Of a stretch of DNA of 64,000 nucleotides, positions 49,384-59,977 are shown piece by piece. Position numbers and translations under genes: made by a program. A model generated the notes under the pieces. That model worked only from the letters and a program-made list of their open reading frames with translations, did not search any database and was not told where the DNA came from. Origin of the DNA: Angelakisella sp. (GTDB lineage: Bacteria; Bacillota; Clostridia; Oscillospirales; Ruminococcaceae); contig JAHHSN010000004.1 of NCBI GenBank assembly GCA_020025195.1, positions 21,182-85,181 on the forward strand, in the 5' to 3' direction. The stretch's first letter is position 1; each line of letters opens with the position of its first letter.

Positions 49384-49851
49384 ATGAAGGCACGGCGTCA
49401 TGCCAAAATCATGGAGCTTATTCGGGACCATACCGTGACCACGCAGGAAGAGCTGCAGTCCCTTTTGGAAAATTCCGGATTTTATACCACGCAGGCGACC
49501 ATTTCCCGGGACATCAAGGAGCTTCGCCTGGTCAAGGTACTGTCTCCCGGAGGGATCTATTATTACACCCAGACGACCACCGCTCCGCAGGATACCCTTC
49601 AGCTGAGCGGCGATTCGGTCTTTATGCGTTCCATCCGCTCGGTGGATTACGCCGGCAATATGGCAGTCATCAAGACCTACGCGGCCATGGCCTCCGCGGT
49701 CTGCGAGGCGATCGACAACAGCAACCGCCCCGAGATCATGGGGACCATTGCGGGCGACAACACCATTTTTGTCATGCTGCGGACCGAGCGCTTCGCGGAT
49801 GAATTCTGCAATCACATCCGGGAGCTGATGAAGAAAAACAACCGGCAGTAA
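49384..49851 (+). CDS. argR: arginine repressor
   Basis: The winged helix TQATISRDIKEL and the C-terminal GTIAGDNTIFV are present. Confidence 0.93.
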   Translation: MKARRHAKIMELIRDHTVTTQEELQSLLENSGFYTTQATISRDIKELRLVKVLSPGGIYYYTQTTTAPQDTLQLSGDSVFMRSIRSVDYAGNMAVIKTYAAMASAVCEAIDNSNRPEIMGTIAGDNTIFVMLRTERFADEFCNHIRELMKKNNRQ

Positions 49852-49876
49852 AGCCATCTGAGAGGGGGGACAGCGT

Positions 49877-51547
49877 ATGCTGGCAGAGCTCTACATAGAA
49901 AATATCGCGGTGATTCAAAAGGCGACCATCCGCTTTCAGGAGGGGTTCCATGCCTTTACGGGAGAGACCGGCGCCGGTAAGACCATTCTCATCAGCGCCA
50001 TCAATGCGGTTCTGGGCGCGCGGACCTATCGGGAGATCATCCGCACCGGGGAGACCCGAGCGGTGGTCACCGCGCTCTTTACGGAGCTTTCCCCCGAAAT
50101 TTCCGAAAAGATCACCGCCCTCGGCTATCCCGTGGAGGAGGGCCAGATCCTTGTTCAGCGGGAAATCGAGTTGGACGGGCGCGGCTCCTGCAAAATAGAC
50201 GGACGCCCCGCCACCGTCGGGGTACTCCGGGAGGTGAGCAGCCTTCTCATCGATATCCACGGACAGCATGATAATCAGGAGCTTCTTTCGGCGGAGCGCC
50301 ACCTTCTGTTCCTTGATAACTTTGGGGATTATGGGGAGGAGCTTTCCCGTTACCGCGCGGCCTATGAGGAATGGGAGAGCTGCCGCGCCAAATTGGAGCG
50401 CCTTGAGATGAATGAAAGCACCCGCCTGCAAAGGCTGGACACGCTGGAATTTCAGATAAAAGAGATCGAGTCCGCCCATCTGGAGGTGGGCGAAGACGAA
50501 GAACTGGAGCAGCAGAAAAAGCGCATCCGGAACTCTGAAAAGATTACCGAGACTCTGGGGCGCATTTATGAACTTTTGCAGGGAGATGACGAGAGCACGT
50601 CCGGCGTCATGGATGCTCTGGAGGAGCTGTCCGGCTGTCTGGACTCGGCCTCGGAGTTCCTTCCCGAAATGGGAGACTATAACGCCAAAATTTCCGACGC
50701 CTATTATGCGTTGGAGGATCTCCAGAACGAGGTACGCAATACTCTGGAGGATTCCGATTTTGACCCCCGGATGCTGGACGAGATCGAATCCCGGCTGGAT
50801 ACCATCTACCGCCTCAAAAAGAAGTACGGCGGCAGCGTGGAGGAGGTTCTCTCCTATTATGAGAAGATCTCCGAGGAGTGCGAGGAGCTTTCCCGCTCCG
50901 ACCAGATGATAGAAGAACTTAAAATCCGCCATGAAACGCTGAAAAAAACCGCCATGGAAGAAGCAAAGCGCCTTACCGAAAAGCGCCTTTCCGCCGCCCG
51001 GCAGTTTACCGGACGGGTGGAGGAGGAGCTTCGCTTCCTCGATATGGCGGGCGTGGTGCTCCGGATCAGTCGTACCGAAAAGCCGCTTTCCCCCAACGGC
51101 CGGGACGAGATGGAATTTCTCATCAGCACCAATGCCGGGGAGGAGCCGAGACCGCTTGCCAAGATCGCTTCCGGCGGTGAGCTGGCCCGCATCATGCTGG
51201 CCATCAAGAACGTGCTCGCGGAAAAGGATGACATCGGCACCATCATCTTTGATGAGGTGGATACCGGAGTCAGCGGCCGCGCGGCACAGAAGATCGGCGT
51301 CAAGCTCGCGGAGGCGGCCCGGCACCGTCAGGTCATCTGTGTGACCCATCTGGCGCCTGTCGCGGCGCAGGCCTCCCACCACTATAAGATCTACAAGACG
51401 GTGGAGGAGGGACGTACCTATACGAAGGTGGAGGAGCTTTCCGAGGAAAACCGTGTGCGGGAGCTTGCCCGCATCATGGTGGGGGAGACCATCACCGAAA
51501 ACGCCCTCGCCAGTGCGAGAGAGCTGATGAAAGAAGCGAAATATTAA
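49877..51547 (+). CDS. recN: DNA repair protein RecN
   Basis: Walker A GETGAGKTI, an SMC-like coiled coil, ASGGELARIMLA and FDEVDTG are present. Confidence 0.95.
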   Translation: MLAELYIENIAVIQKATIRFQEGFHAFTGETGAGKTILISAINAVLGARTYREIIRTGETRAVVTALFTELSPEISEKITALGYPVEEGQILVQREIELDGRGSCKIDGRPATVGVLREVSSLLIDIHGQHDNQELLSAERHLLFLDNFGDYGEELSRYRAAYEEWESCRAKLERLEMNESTRLQRLDTLEFQIKEIESAHLEVGEDEELEQQKKRIRNSEKITETLGRIYELLQGDDESTSGVMDALEELSGCLDSASEFLPEMGDYNAKISDAYYALEDLQNEVRNTLEDSDFDPRMLDEIESRLDTIYRLKKKYGGSVEEVLSYYEKISEECEELSRSDQMIEELKIRHETLKKTAMEEAKRLTEKRLSAARQFTGRVEEELRFLDMAGVVLRISRTEKPLSPNGRDEMEFLISTNAGEEPRPLAKIASGGELARIMLAIKNVLAEKDDIGTIIFDEVDTGVSGRAAQKIGVKLAEAARHRQVICVTHLAPVAAQASHHYKIYKTVEEGRTYTKVEELSEENRVRELARIMVGETITENALASARELMKEAKY

Positions 51548-51566
51548 ACCGGAAGGACTGTACTAT

Positions 51567-52061
51567 ATGAGCCGTGTGACCAATGAGCCGAAAATCAAGA
51601 ACAAAGTGATCGTCGCCGTGAGAGAGCAGCTGGAGCACCGTGCTCTGTGGCTTTACCTTCTCCGCCGGGAGGCGCTTCAAAAGGGGATGGACCCCAAGGA
51701 ATTCGGGCGGGACGCCATCCACAGCTGCGGGCTCTATCAGGGAAATAACCTCAGTGAAAAGGCGGGAACCAAGAGCCTCCGGGGACTCAAAAAGACGCTT
51801 TTCACGAAACCCGCCCAGTGGGTCTTTGAGATGGACGTCTTAAAATCCACCGATGACGCGCTCGATATCGACTTCCATTACTGCCCGCTCGTCAAGGCGT
51901 GGCAGAAGATGGGCTGCTCCGATGAGGAGATTGCGGAGCTTTGCGACATTGCGATGTGCGGGGACCGCGGCATCGCCGAGAGCTTCGGCGGGCATCTGGA
52001 GCTCCTCTCCACGATCGCGGAGGGCGCGCCCACCTGCCAGATCCGTTTTCGCAAGGAATGA
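51567..52061 (+). CDS. L-2-amino-thiazoline-4-carboxylic acid hydrolase-family protein
   Basis: EHRALWLYLL, YCPLVKAWQKMG, LCDIAMCGDRGIA and CQIRF match my memory of the ATC_hydrolase family. Confidence 0.5.
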   Translation: MSRVTNEPKIKNKVIVAVREQLEHRALWLYLLRREALQKGMDPKEFGRDAIHSCGLYQGNNLSEKAGTKSLRGLKKTLFTKPAQWVFEMDVLKSTDDALDIDFHYCPLVKAWQKMGCSDEEIAELCDIAMCGDRGIAESFGGHLELLSTIAEGAPTCQIRFRKE

Positions 52062-52064
52062 ACC

Positions 52065-52094
52065 TTGACAAAAGGAGTCTCCCTGCGATATAAT
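52065..52094 (+). promoter_or_regulatory. sigma-A promoter of the tyrS leader
   Basis: TTGACA, an 18-nt spacer, then TATAAT. Confidence 0.6.
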
Positions 52095-52099
52095 ATCCC

Positions 52100-52372
52100 A
52101 AAGAACAAAGGCTGTGATGGAAACAAGTAGCCTTTTGTCCTCCCTCAAAGAGAGCCGGCGGGCGGTGCGAGCCGACAGGGAACAAAAGGGGAATACCTTC
52201 CGGAGCCGTCGCCTGAAACAGGATGGAGTAGGGCCTGACCGGGCGCGACCGTTACATCGCGGAAAGCTGTTTGGCTTTTGCCGAGGGGAAAGTATCATTT
52301 CCCGAAGCAGAGGTGGTACCACGAAGTAAAGTTCGTCCTCTGTCCGTTTTTCGGACAGGGGATTTTTCTTTT
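52100..52372 (+). promoter_or_regulatory. T-box leader (tyrosine specifier UAC) with terminator/antiterminator
   Basis: Stem I shows AGAGAG...GGTGCGA. The specifier UAC lies at 52253-52255 within GTTACATC. The T-box sequence is AGCAGAGGTGGTACCACG. The terminator is CCTCTGTCCG-TTTTTC-GGACAGGGG followed by ATTTTTCTTTT. Confidence 0.9.
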
Positions 52373-52403
52373 AGCCTAAAGATTTTCTATAAGGAGAAGT
52401 GAA

Positions 52404-53627
52404 ATGACTATCTACGATGAACTGGTTGCCCGCGGACTGATCGCGCAGGTGACCGATGAGGACGAGATCAAGGAGCTGATCAATAACGGGAAAGCGACCT
52501 TCTACATCGGCTTTGATCCCACCGCGGACAGCCTGCATGTGGGGCACTTTATGGCGCTCTGCCTGATGAAGCGCCTGCAGATGGCGGGAAACCGCCCCGT
52601 TGTGCTGATCGGCGGCGGTACCGGCTATGTCGGCGACCCCTCCGGGCGCACCGATATGCGCTCCATGATGACCCCCGAGACCATTCAGCACAACTGCGAC
52701 TGCTTCAAAAAGCAGATGGAGCGCTTCATTGAGTTCGGCGATGACAAGGCCATTATGGTCAATAACGCCGACTGGCTCTTAAAGCTCAACTATATCGACC
52801 TGCTTCGGGAGGTCGGCTCCTGCTTCTCGGTCAACAACATGCTCCGCGCCGAGTGCTACAAGCAGCGCATGGAGAAGGGGCTTTCCTTCCTGGAATTTAA
52901 CTACATGATCATGCAGAGCTATGACTTCTATCATCTTTTCCAGCATTACGGATGCAATATGCAGTTCGGTGGTGATGACCAGTGGAGCAATATGCTGGGC
53001 GGCACGGAGCTTATCCGCCGTAAGCTCGGCAAGGACGCCTATGCCATGACCATCACCCTGCTCATGAACTCTGAGGGGAAGAAGATGGGCAAGACTGCCT
53101 CCGGCGCCGTCTGGCTGGACCCCAACAAGACCTCTCCGTTTGAGTTCTACCAGTACTGGAGAAATGTGGGCGACGCTGACGTTCTCAAGTGCATCCGTAT
53201 GCTCACCTTCCTGCCCATCGAGGAGATCGATAAGATGGATAAATGGGAGGGCAGCGAGCTGAACCGGGCCAAAGAGATTCTGGCCTATGAGCTGACCAAG
53301 CTGGTGCACGGCGAGGAGGAGGCGAAGAAGGCGGAGGAGACCTCCCGCGGACTCTTTGCCGGTCAGGGCAGCACCGAGAATATGCCCTCCACCGAGCTTA
53401 CCGCCGCGGATCTCACCGACGGCGTCATCGCGGTCAATGAGCTTTTGGTAAAATGCGGCCTCTGCGCCTCTAAGGGTGAAGCCCGTCGGCTCATTCAGCA
53501 GGGCGGCGTGGCTGTAAATGATGTAAAGGTTAAGGACTTTTCAGAAACTTTTGACGCCGCCGCTCTCAAGGAAGGCGTTGTCATCAAGAAGGGCAAGAAG
53601 GTTTTCCATCGCGCGACCCTTGCCTAA
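52404..53627 (+). CDS. tyrS: tyrosine--tRNA ligase
   Basis: HVGH (HIGH), KMGKT (KMSKS) and a C-terminal S4 domain are present. Confidence 0.97.
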   Translation: MTIYDELVARGLIAQVTDEDEIKELINNGKATFYIGFDPTADSLHVGHFMALCLMKRLQMAGNRPVVLIGGGTGYVGDPSGRTDMRSMMTPETIQHNCDCFKKQMERFIEFGDDKAIMVNNADWLLKLNYIDLLREVGSCFSVNNMLRAECYKQRMEKGLSFLEFNYMIMQSYDFYHLFQHYGCNMQFGGDDQWSNMLGGTELIRRKLGKDAYAMTITLLMNSEGKKMGKTASGAVWLDPNKTSPFEFYQYWRNVGDADVLKCIRMLTFLPIEEIDKMDKWEGSELNRAKEILAYELTKLVHGEEEAKKAEETSRGLFAGQGSTENMPSTELTAADLTDGVIAVNELLVKCGLCASKGEARRLIQQGGVAVNDVKVKDFSETFDAAALKEGVVIKKGKKVFHRATLA

Positions 53628-53644
53628 AGTTTAGATTCCCCCAG

Positions 53645-53680
53645 AAAAAAGAGCAGTCTCCGGTCTGCTCTTTTTCTTTT
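53645..53680 (+). terminator. intrinsic terminator after tyrS
   Basis: AGAGCAG-TCTCCGGT-CTGCTCT followed by TTTTCTTTT. Confidence 0.7.
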
Positions 53681-53786
53681 GTTTGAACGCCGGTCCCGGC
53701 CTGCGATGTTATCGCAAAACGATAAATATCTTGTCAGTTACGATAAACTATGCTATACTTTTCGCAAAGAAAAGGGGGATAGTCCC

Positions 53787-54266
53787 ATGAAGAAATTTGA
53801 ATCGGTCAAATGGTTCGAGCGCCTGATGATCCTGCTCCTCGCTCTTGTGGTCATAGCGTTTTTGGTCATTGTGCCGCTTTTGGCCGGGGAGTGCGGCAAA
53901 ACCCTGCCGGAGCTTTCCCACCTCAAGGTTCCGTTCATGATTTACTGCATCGTGACCGCCGTCCCCATCGTCTGGGCGCTTGTCATCACCATTTCGGTCT
54001 GCCGGGAGCTCTACCGCGAGGACAGCTTTACCCGCAACACCTCCAAAGCCCTGATTAAAATCAGCACGCTGGCGTTGATCGAAGCGGCCATCATCCTGAT
54101 CTGGGGCGTGTTCATTTGTGTCTTTGCGGAGCAGCGGCTGCTCCTCTGCCTTGCCGTGGTGGTGCTCATTCTGGCGGCAGCGGCAGCGGCACTTTTCTGC
54201 CGTGTTCTTTCCAAAATCATTGATAACGCACTCGACATCAAAGAGGAGAGTGAATACACCATCTGA
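53787..54266 (+). CDS. DUF2975-like four-TM membrane protein
   Basis: ATG 53787 follows AAGGGGGA. The 159-aa product has four predicted TM helices. The gene pairs with a YozG-type HTH gene, as in B. subtilis yoaS-yozG. Confidence 0.55.
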   Translation: MKKFESVKWFERLMILLLALVVIAFLVIVPLLAGECGKTLPELSHLKVPFMIYCIVTAVPIVWALVITISVCRELYREDSFTRNTSKALIKISTLALIEAAIILIWGVFICVFAEQRLLLCLAVVVLILAAAAAALFCRVLSKIIDNALDIKEESEYTI

Positions 54267-54281
54267 GAGAGGAGGGGTCGT

Positions 54282-54512
54282 ATGCCGATCCGTGTTAATA
54301 TCGATGTGGAGCTTGCCAAGCGGAAAATGAGCGTCACCGAGCTTTCGGAGCGTGTCGGCATCACGCTCGCCAATCTTTCTATCCTGAAAAACGGACGAGC
54401 CAAGGCCGTGCGGATGACCACACTTGAAAAGATCTGCGAGGCGCTTTCCTGCCAGCCGGGGGATATTCTGGAATATGTCCCGGAGGAGGGGGAGGAGCCG
54501 AAAGCGGAATGA
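54282..54512 (+). CDS. YozG-like Cro/C1-type helix-turn-helix transcriptional regulator
   Basis: This 76-aa protein contains IRVNIDVELAKRKMSVTELSERVGITLANLSILKNGRAKAVRMTTLEKICEALSCQPGDILEY. Confidence 0.8.
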   Translation: MPIRVNIDVELAKRKMSVTELSERVGITLANLSILKNGRAKAVRMTTLEKICEALSCQPGDILEYVPEEGEEPKAE

Positions 54513-54786
54513 ATGGAACAGTGAGAAGAAAATGAGCTTCGCCGGGAACGGCGGCCTGCTCCGGGTAAACCGCGCCTAAACCGCCCTTCCGTGCCTTGTT
54601 CCGGCGTCACCCGGTGCCGGTGTTCCGGTGATAATGGCTTTTTGGAAAAGCGGCCCCGATCATAAATGTCGGGACGCGGGGCGTTTGGTGCATCTGTCTT
54701 ATTATTTTGTGGGTTTCCTTTGGCGGGGATTTTTACGCCTTTTCCCGGGGAAAAAGCAGAAACCCCCGAAAGCTAAAATCTCTCAT

Positions 54787-54823
54787 AAAAAAACCGCCCG
54801 GTTTTCCGAGCGGTTTCTTTTTA
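54787..54823. terminator. bidirectional terminator (fbp on minus strand)
   Basis: AAACCGC-CCGGTTTTCCGA-GCGGTTT is flanked by an A-run and a T-run. Confidence 0.65.
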
Positions 54824-54827
54824 TTTC

Positions 54828-56807
54828 TCATTCCTTGGGAAGCACCTCGCCGTCGCGGTAAGCACGGAGGAGGTCCTGCAGGTCGCGGACTTGCTCCTTG
54901 ATATGCTTGCCGTCGTCGATATCGGCGATGAGCTTTCTCTTGGGGTAGGTTTCAATGGTCATCACCTTGGAGTGAATGTCCTCATTGGTGTGGAGCGCTG
55001 CCGTAATGTCGATGGGATGATGCTCTGCCAGAAGCAACTGGTGGGAGTTCGAGACGAGGGTAAATCCGGAAATACCGGTCACGGAGTTGAGCCGTTCGTT
55101 CATGCCGCCATCGATATTAAAGACCTTGCCGCCCGACTTGATGGGGGATTCGCCGCGCTTTACCGGCACATGACCGGTTATGATTTTGCCGTTCTTGGGA
55201 TCGGCGCCGAATTCATCCAGAATGCGGAACGCGGTCTCCTCCTTTTCAATCCAGGTATAATAGGGATCCTTTTCCTCCTTGCCGGCGGTATCATCCGCAA
55301 TGAAGTACCGTTCAAAGGTGGCAATCTTGTATTTGCCGCTCAGGGGAGAGCGGGTGCCGCACCAGAGATACCACATAAGGTCGAGGGCGTTTTTACGCTC
55401 CAGAGAGTGACGGGGCGCGACCGCTGCCACACGGATGACCCGGGTGTACTGATCCAGCAGCGCCTTACCATAGTAATATTTTCCGTTGAGGAGGGAGGTA
55501 TGGAAGGAACCGTCCTCATTCATGGGAATGCAGCCGTGGTAGAGGAGGTTTCCGTTATTGACCTTGTAGATGGAGCCGTTATCCAGAAGATACTTGAGGT
55601 GCTTCTGGAGGCGTACGCTGTTTCGGAAGGAGAAGGCAAGGTCATTCATGACCGTTTCCTCCTCCGGAGAAAGCTGATAGGGCGATTCCGGCCGGAGAGT
55701 GGGGAAATGGGCATCCTTGATGTCGTAGAGCTTGCCGTCGATCTCCACACGGTGGTTTTTGGGATCGAGGGTTTCCCAGAACAGACGGTGGCTCATATGG
55801 TATTCGGGGTGGTCGTGAAGGATCTGCCCCTCCAGCTTAAACTGGATGACCGAGATGGCCTTGTGCACCTTGGCGGTCAGCTCATCGTTTTCCCGCTGCT
55901 GCTTCAGCTCGGTTTCCCGCTTGCTGTGGCTCGGCAGAAAGGCGGTGCAGGGGTCATCCCGGTAGGTGGAAAGGGCAAACTGGGTCAGAGGGCGGAGATT
56001 GATGCCGTAGCCTTCCTCCAGCGAGTCAAAGTTATTATAACGGATGCAGTTTCGGAGAACGTTGGCGATGGAGGCCCATTGACCGAGGGCCGCCGCCATC
56101 CAGAGGATATCGTGGTTGCCCCACTGGATATCCACGTTTTTATACTGGTCGAGAGCGTCCATCACCTTGTGCGCCCCGTTGCCGCGGTCAAAGATATCGC
56201 CCACAATATGGAGCTTATCAATCACCATGTGCTGAATAAGCTCGGAAATGGCGATGATAAAAGCATCGGCGCTGCCGATGTCGATGATATTATTGACGAT
56301 GTTGTGGACATAGGAGGTGCGGTTGTCATCCTCATCCGCCTCGGAGTAGTTGAGCAGCTCATCAATGATATAGCTGAAATCCTTGGGCATGGCCTTGCGG
56401 ACCTTGGAGCGGGTATATTTGGAGGTTGCCTTGCGGCAGACCTGAATCAGGCGCATCAGAGTGGTGTAATACCAGCTGTGCTCCAGAGCGCCGTTTTCCT
56501 CCTTGAGAAGCGCGAGCTTCTCCTCGGGATAGTAGATGAGTGTCGCGAGGGCGTTTGCTTCCGCAGTGCTCATCTCCTCGGAGGGGAAGCATTGGCGGAT
56601 CTTTCGCCGAACCGATCCGGAGGCGTTCTTCAGGATGTGCATAAAGAGACTGTATTCGCCGTGGATGTCGCTGATATAGTGTTCCGAGCCTTTAGGCAGG
56701 GCCAGGATGGTTTTCAGATTGATAATCTCCGACGCCACTTTGGCGGGCGTGGGGAATTTCTGGGAAAGAAGCTCAAGATACCTTAATCTTTCGGGTGAAA
56801 AAGACAT
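54828..56807 (-). CDS. fbp: fructose-1,6-bisphosphatase class 3
   Basis: This 659-aa protein has the N-terminal YLELLSQKFPT. The metallophosphatase motifs IVGDIFDRG and GNHD fit the Firmicute FBPase III length and pattern. Confidence 0.93.
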   Translation of the reverse strand: MSFSPERLRYLELLSQKFPTPAKVASEIINLKTILALPKGSEHYISDIHGEYSLFMHILKNASGSVRRKIRQCFPSEEMSTAEANALATLIYYPEEKLALLKEENGALEHSWYYTTLMRLIQVCRKATSKYTRSKVRKAMPKDFSYIIDELLNYSEADEDDNRTSYVHNIVNNIIDIGSADAFIIAISELIQHMVIDKLHIVGDIFDRGNGAHKVMDALDQYKNVDIQWGNHDILWMAAALGQWASIANVLRNCIRYNNFDSLEEGYGINLRPLTQFALSTYRDDPCTAFLPSHSKRETELKQQRENDELTAKVHKAISVIQFKLEGQILHDHPEYHMSHRLFWETLDPKNHRVEIDGKLYDIKDAHFPTLRPESPYQLSPEEETVMNDLAFSFRNSVRLQKHLKYLLDNGSIYKVNNGNLLYHGCIPMNEDGSFHTSLLNGKYYYGKALLDQYTRVIRVAAVAPRHSLERKNALDLMWYLWCGTRSPLSGKYKIATFERYFIADDTAGKEEKDPYYTWIEKEETAFRILDEFGADPKNGKIITGHVPVKRGESPIKSGGKVFNIDGGMNERLNSVTGISGFTLVSNSHQLLLAEHHPIDITAALHTNEDIHSKVMTIETYPKRKLIADIDDGKHIKEQVRDLQDLLRAYRDGEVLPKE

Positions 56808-56870
56808 AGCGCTGATCCTCCTTATTTACTTATCCATTATAGAGGACTGGAAAATTCAGTGCAAGTATCG

Positions 56871-57767
56871 TTAAGTCTGTGACGATGATTTGAGCTTTTC
56901 GACGAGAGAGCGTAATTTCTCGGCGGGAATATCGTCTAATTCACCAAGAGGCAGGCGGCAGCCTCCTGCGGGAAAGCCTACCCACTGCATGGCGCGCTTG
57001 ACCGGAACGGGATTGACCGCGGAGAAAAGAGCCTTCATGAGGGGATAGAGGGCATAGTGGAGGGAACGGGCTTCCTCCATTTTTCCCTCCCGGAGCAGGA
57101 CGGTCAGCCGGTGCATCTCCGCGGGGAACAGATTGGATGTGACCGAGATAACACCCCGGCCGCCCAGCGCCATAATGGGAAGGGTGAGATCGTCGTTTCC
57201 GGAATAAACGGTGAGCTCCTCTTTGCAGCGTTCCATCGTCCCGGAGACAAGGTCCAGCTCGGGGGACGCCTCCTTGATGCCTACGATGTTGGGGTGGGCG
57301 GCAAGCGCTTCCCGAACGGCAAGGCTCATTTTGACCCCGGTGCGGGAGGGAACATGATAGAGGAGAATGGGGCGTGTCACTGCGTCGGCAACCCGCAGAA
57401 AATGCGCGATAAGACCATTTTCGGTGCATTTATTGTAATAGGGTGTCACAAGGAGCAGAGCATCCGCGCCCGCTTTTTCGGCGTCCTGAGCGAGAGCGAC
57501 CGTGCGGGCGGTGTCATTGGAGCCGGCCCCGGCAATGACCGGGACCCTTCCCGCGGCGGCTTCTGCAGTTTTCTCAATGACCGCTATGCGTTCTGCAGGG
57601 GTGAGAGTGGCGCATTCTCCGGTTGTCCCGCAGGGGACCAAGGCATCGATGCCCTTTTCCACCTGCCACCGGACTATTTGGGAAAGCATGGAAAGATCGG
57701 GCTTTAAGTCTTTGTCCATCGGGGTGATGAGGGCGGTTGCCGCCCCCTCAAAAATGAGTTTTTTCAT
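56871..57767 (-). CDS. dapA: 4-hydroxy-tetrahydrodipicolinate synthase
   Basis: ALITPM, CGTTGE, YNK and GIKEAS (the active-site Lys region) are present. Confidence 0.93.
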   Translation of the reverse strand: MKKLIFEGAATALITPMDKDLKPDLSMLSQIVRWQVEKGIDALVPCGTTGECATLTPAERIAVIEKTAEAAAGRVPVIAGAGSNDTARTVALAQDAEKAGADALLLVTPYYNKCTENGLIAHFLRVADAVTRPILLYHVPSRTGVKMSLAVREALAAHPNIVGIKEASPELDLVSGTMERCKEELTVYSGNDDLTLPIMALGGRGVISVTSNLFPAEMHRLTVLLREGKMEEARSLHYALYPLMKALFSAVNPVPVKRAMQWVGFPAGGCRLPLGELDDIPAEKLRSLVEKLKSSSQT

Positions 57768-57895
57768 TTGGATTCCTCCTTTTCACTTTAGTCTATGAGA
57801 AAGCGGCAAAACCGTGCGGCATCGGTTGCAGTTTGGAGGAAAATCGCCTATAATAAGGGAGTTGTATTTCATTTTAGGAGAAAGTCAGGATAACT

Positions 57896-58960
57896 ATGGG
57901 AGACTATAAAACCAAGACCTCAGATTACGACTATTTTCTGCCGAAGGAGCTTATTGCCCAGACACCGGTGGAGCCGCGGGACAGTTCCCGTCTTATGATC
58001 ATGGACCGGGAGACAGGAGCGCTTCGCCACGGCGTTTTCACCGATATTCTGGATGAGCTGGAGCCGGGCGATGTCCTTGCCGTCAATAACAGCCGCGTCA
58101 TGCCCTCCCGCCTTTTGGGGCAGAAGGAGGGAACGGGCGGCGCCATTGAGTTCCTGCTCCTTGCCCAGAAGGGGAATGACGAGTGGGAAACGATGGTGCG
58201 TCCCGGCAAGCGCGCCAAGGTCGGCGCAAGGTTTGAGTTCGGTGGGGGACTGCTCCGTGCCGAGGTCCTCGAGATCATGGAGGGTGGAAACCGCCGCGTC
58301 AAATTCACTTACGAGGGAAACAACATCTTCAGCGTGCTGGAGGAGGTCGGCAAGATGCCGCTCCCGCCCTATATCACCGAGACGCTGGAGGACGATGAGC
58401 GTTACCAGACCGTATACTCCCGAGAGCTGGGTTCCGCCGCCGCCCCGACCGCGGGACTGCATTTTACCGAGGAACTCCTCCAAAAGGTGCAGGCCAAGGG
58501 TGTCAAGATCGCTTATCTCACGCTGCACGTTGGGTTGGGGACTTTCCGACCTGTAAAGGTGGATGACGTTACACAGCATAAAATGCATACCGAGCACTAC
58601 TGGGTTTCTAAGGAAGCCGCCGACCTCATCAATGAGGCTAAGCGAACGGGGCACCGGGTCATCGCGGTGGGGACCACCTCCTGCCGCACGCTGGAATCCG
58701 CCTATATTCCCGGAGAAGGACTGCGCGAGTGCTCCGACAATACCGATATTTTCATCTACCCCGGCTACCGGTGGAAGTGCATCGACGCCCTCATCACCAA
58801 TTTCCATCTGCCGGAAAGCACCCTCATCATGCTGGTTTCCGCTTTTGCGGGCTATGACCATGTGATGAACGCCTACCGGGTCGCGGTGGAGGAGCGTTAC
58901 CGCTTCTTTTCCTTTGGCGATGCGATGTTCATCAGAAGCGGGAAAAAAGAAAACGGCTGA
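57896..58960 (+). CDS. queA: S-adenosylmethionine:tRNA ribosyltransferase-isomerase
   Basis: [32 protein letters not shown] and [10 protein letters not shown] are present. Confidence 0.95.
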   Translation: MGDYKTKTSDYDYFLPKELIAQTPVEPRDSSRLMIMDRETGALRHGVFTDILDELEPGDVLAVNNSRVMPSRLLGQKEGTGGAIEFLLLAQKGNDEWETMVRPGKRAKVGARFEFGGGLLRAEVLEIMEGGNRRVKFTYEGNNIFSVLEEVGKMPLPPYITETLEDDERYQTVYSRELGSAAAPTAGLHFTEELLQKVQAKGVKIAYLTLHVGLGTFRPVKVDDVTQHKMHTEHYWVSKEAADLINEAKRTGHRVIAVGTTSCRTLESAYIPGEGLRECSDNTDIFIYPGYRWKCIDALITNFHLPESTLIMLVSAFAGYDHVMNAYRVAVEERYRFFSFGDAMFIRSGKKENG

Positions 58961-58970
58961 ATCGGATCTT

Positions 58971-59010
58971 AAGCCCCAAAGCCCAAGCGGCCAGGGGCTT
59001 ATTTCTTTGT
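58971..59010 (+). terminator. intrinsic terminator after queA
   Basis: AAGCCCC...GGGGCTT followed by ATTTCTTT. Confidence 0.55.
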
Positions 59011-59095
59011 GCTTTCCTTCCGTTTACCTTGCATATCCGCCTTAAATTTGATACTATTGTTACTTGAAAACGGGTAAAAAGAAGGAGGACGGCGG

Positions 59096-59974
59096 ATGGC
59101 ACCCTGGCTTATGGTTTTGTGCGGCCTTTTTCTCCTGTTTATCGTCCTGTTCGCGGTGTTCCTTGATCGGAGCCGCAGGCTTCTTTCGGTCTCCCGCTAT
59201 GAGATCGCTTCACCCAAAATACCCGTCGGCTTTGACGGGTATCACATCATTCAGCTTTCCGACCTGCACGGCGTTTCCTTCGGCAAGGAGAACGAAACGC
59301 TCCTGTCCCGCATCGAAGCCGAAGCCCCTGACCTTGTCCTCATCACAGGGGACATCATCACCCGGCAGGGAAGAGAGCTCTCTGTCGCCGCCCGTCTTGT
59401 GGAGGCGCTTGCCGCCCGGTTTCCCACCTATTTTGCCATGGGGAACCATGAAGAGAGCCTTCCGGAGGAGGAACGGCAGGCGCTTCTTCGGTCTTTCAGG
59501 GAAAGCGGCGCTGGGGTGCTCCTTGGGGAAAAGACGGAGATTACCGCCCCGAACGGCGAAACGCTCCTTCTGGCGGGGCTTCGTCCTCCGCTTAACACCT
59601 ATCATCAGCTTTCCGGGGATTTTGTTCCCCTGGAGGAACAATCGCTGCGGGCGCTTTTGGGGGATGCGAATGGAAAATTTTCTATCCTGATGGCGCATAA
59701 CCCCAATTTTTTCCCGCAGTATGCCGCCGCCGGATTCGATCTCATCTTTTCCGGGCATATTCACGGCGGAATGGTGCGTGTCCCCCTGATCGGCGGGGTG
59801 TTTTCGCCGGAGACTGTTCTTTTTCCCCGGTATGACGCGGGGCTTTACCGCGCGGGCGGTTCCGCCATGCTTCTGTCCCGCGGGCTTGGGACAGGCCGGG
59901 TTGGTTTTCGGCTCTTCAATCGGCCGGATTTGGTTTCGGTCACGCTGAAAAGGTGTGACCAGAAAGGATTATAG
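59096..59974 (+). CDS. membrane-anchored calcineurin-like metallophosphoesterase (YkuE-like)
   Basis: There is an N-terminal TM helix. QLSDLHG, ITGDI, GNHE and GHIHGG are present. Confidence 0.85.
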   Translation: MAPWLMVLCGLFLLFIVLFAVFLDRSRRLLSVSRYEIASPKIPVGFDGYHIIQLSDLHGVSFGKENETLLSRIEAEAPDLVLITGDIITRQGRELSVAARLVEALAARFPTYFAMGNHEESLPEEERQALLRSFRESGAGVLLGEKTEITAPNGETLLLAGLRPPLNTYHQLSGDFVPLEEQSLRALLGDANGKFSILMAHNPNFFPQYAAAGFDLIFSGHIHGGMVRVPLIGGVFSPETVLFPRYDAGLYRAGGSAMLLSRGLGTGRVGFRLFNRPDLVSVTLKRCDQKGL

Positions 59975-59977
59975 AAT

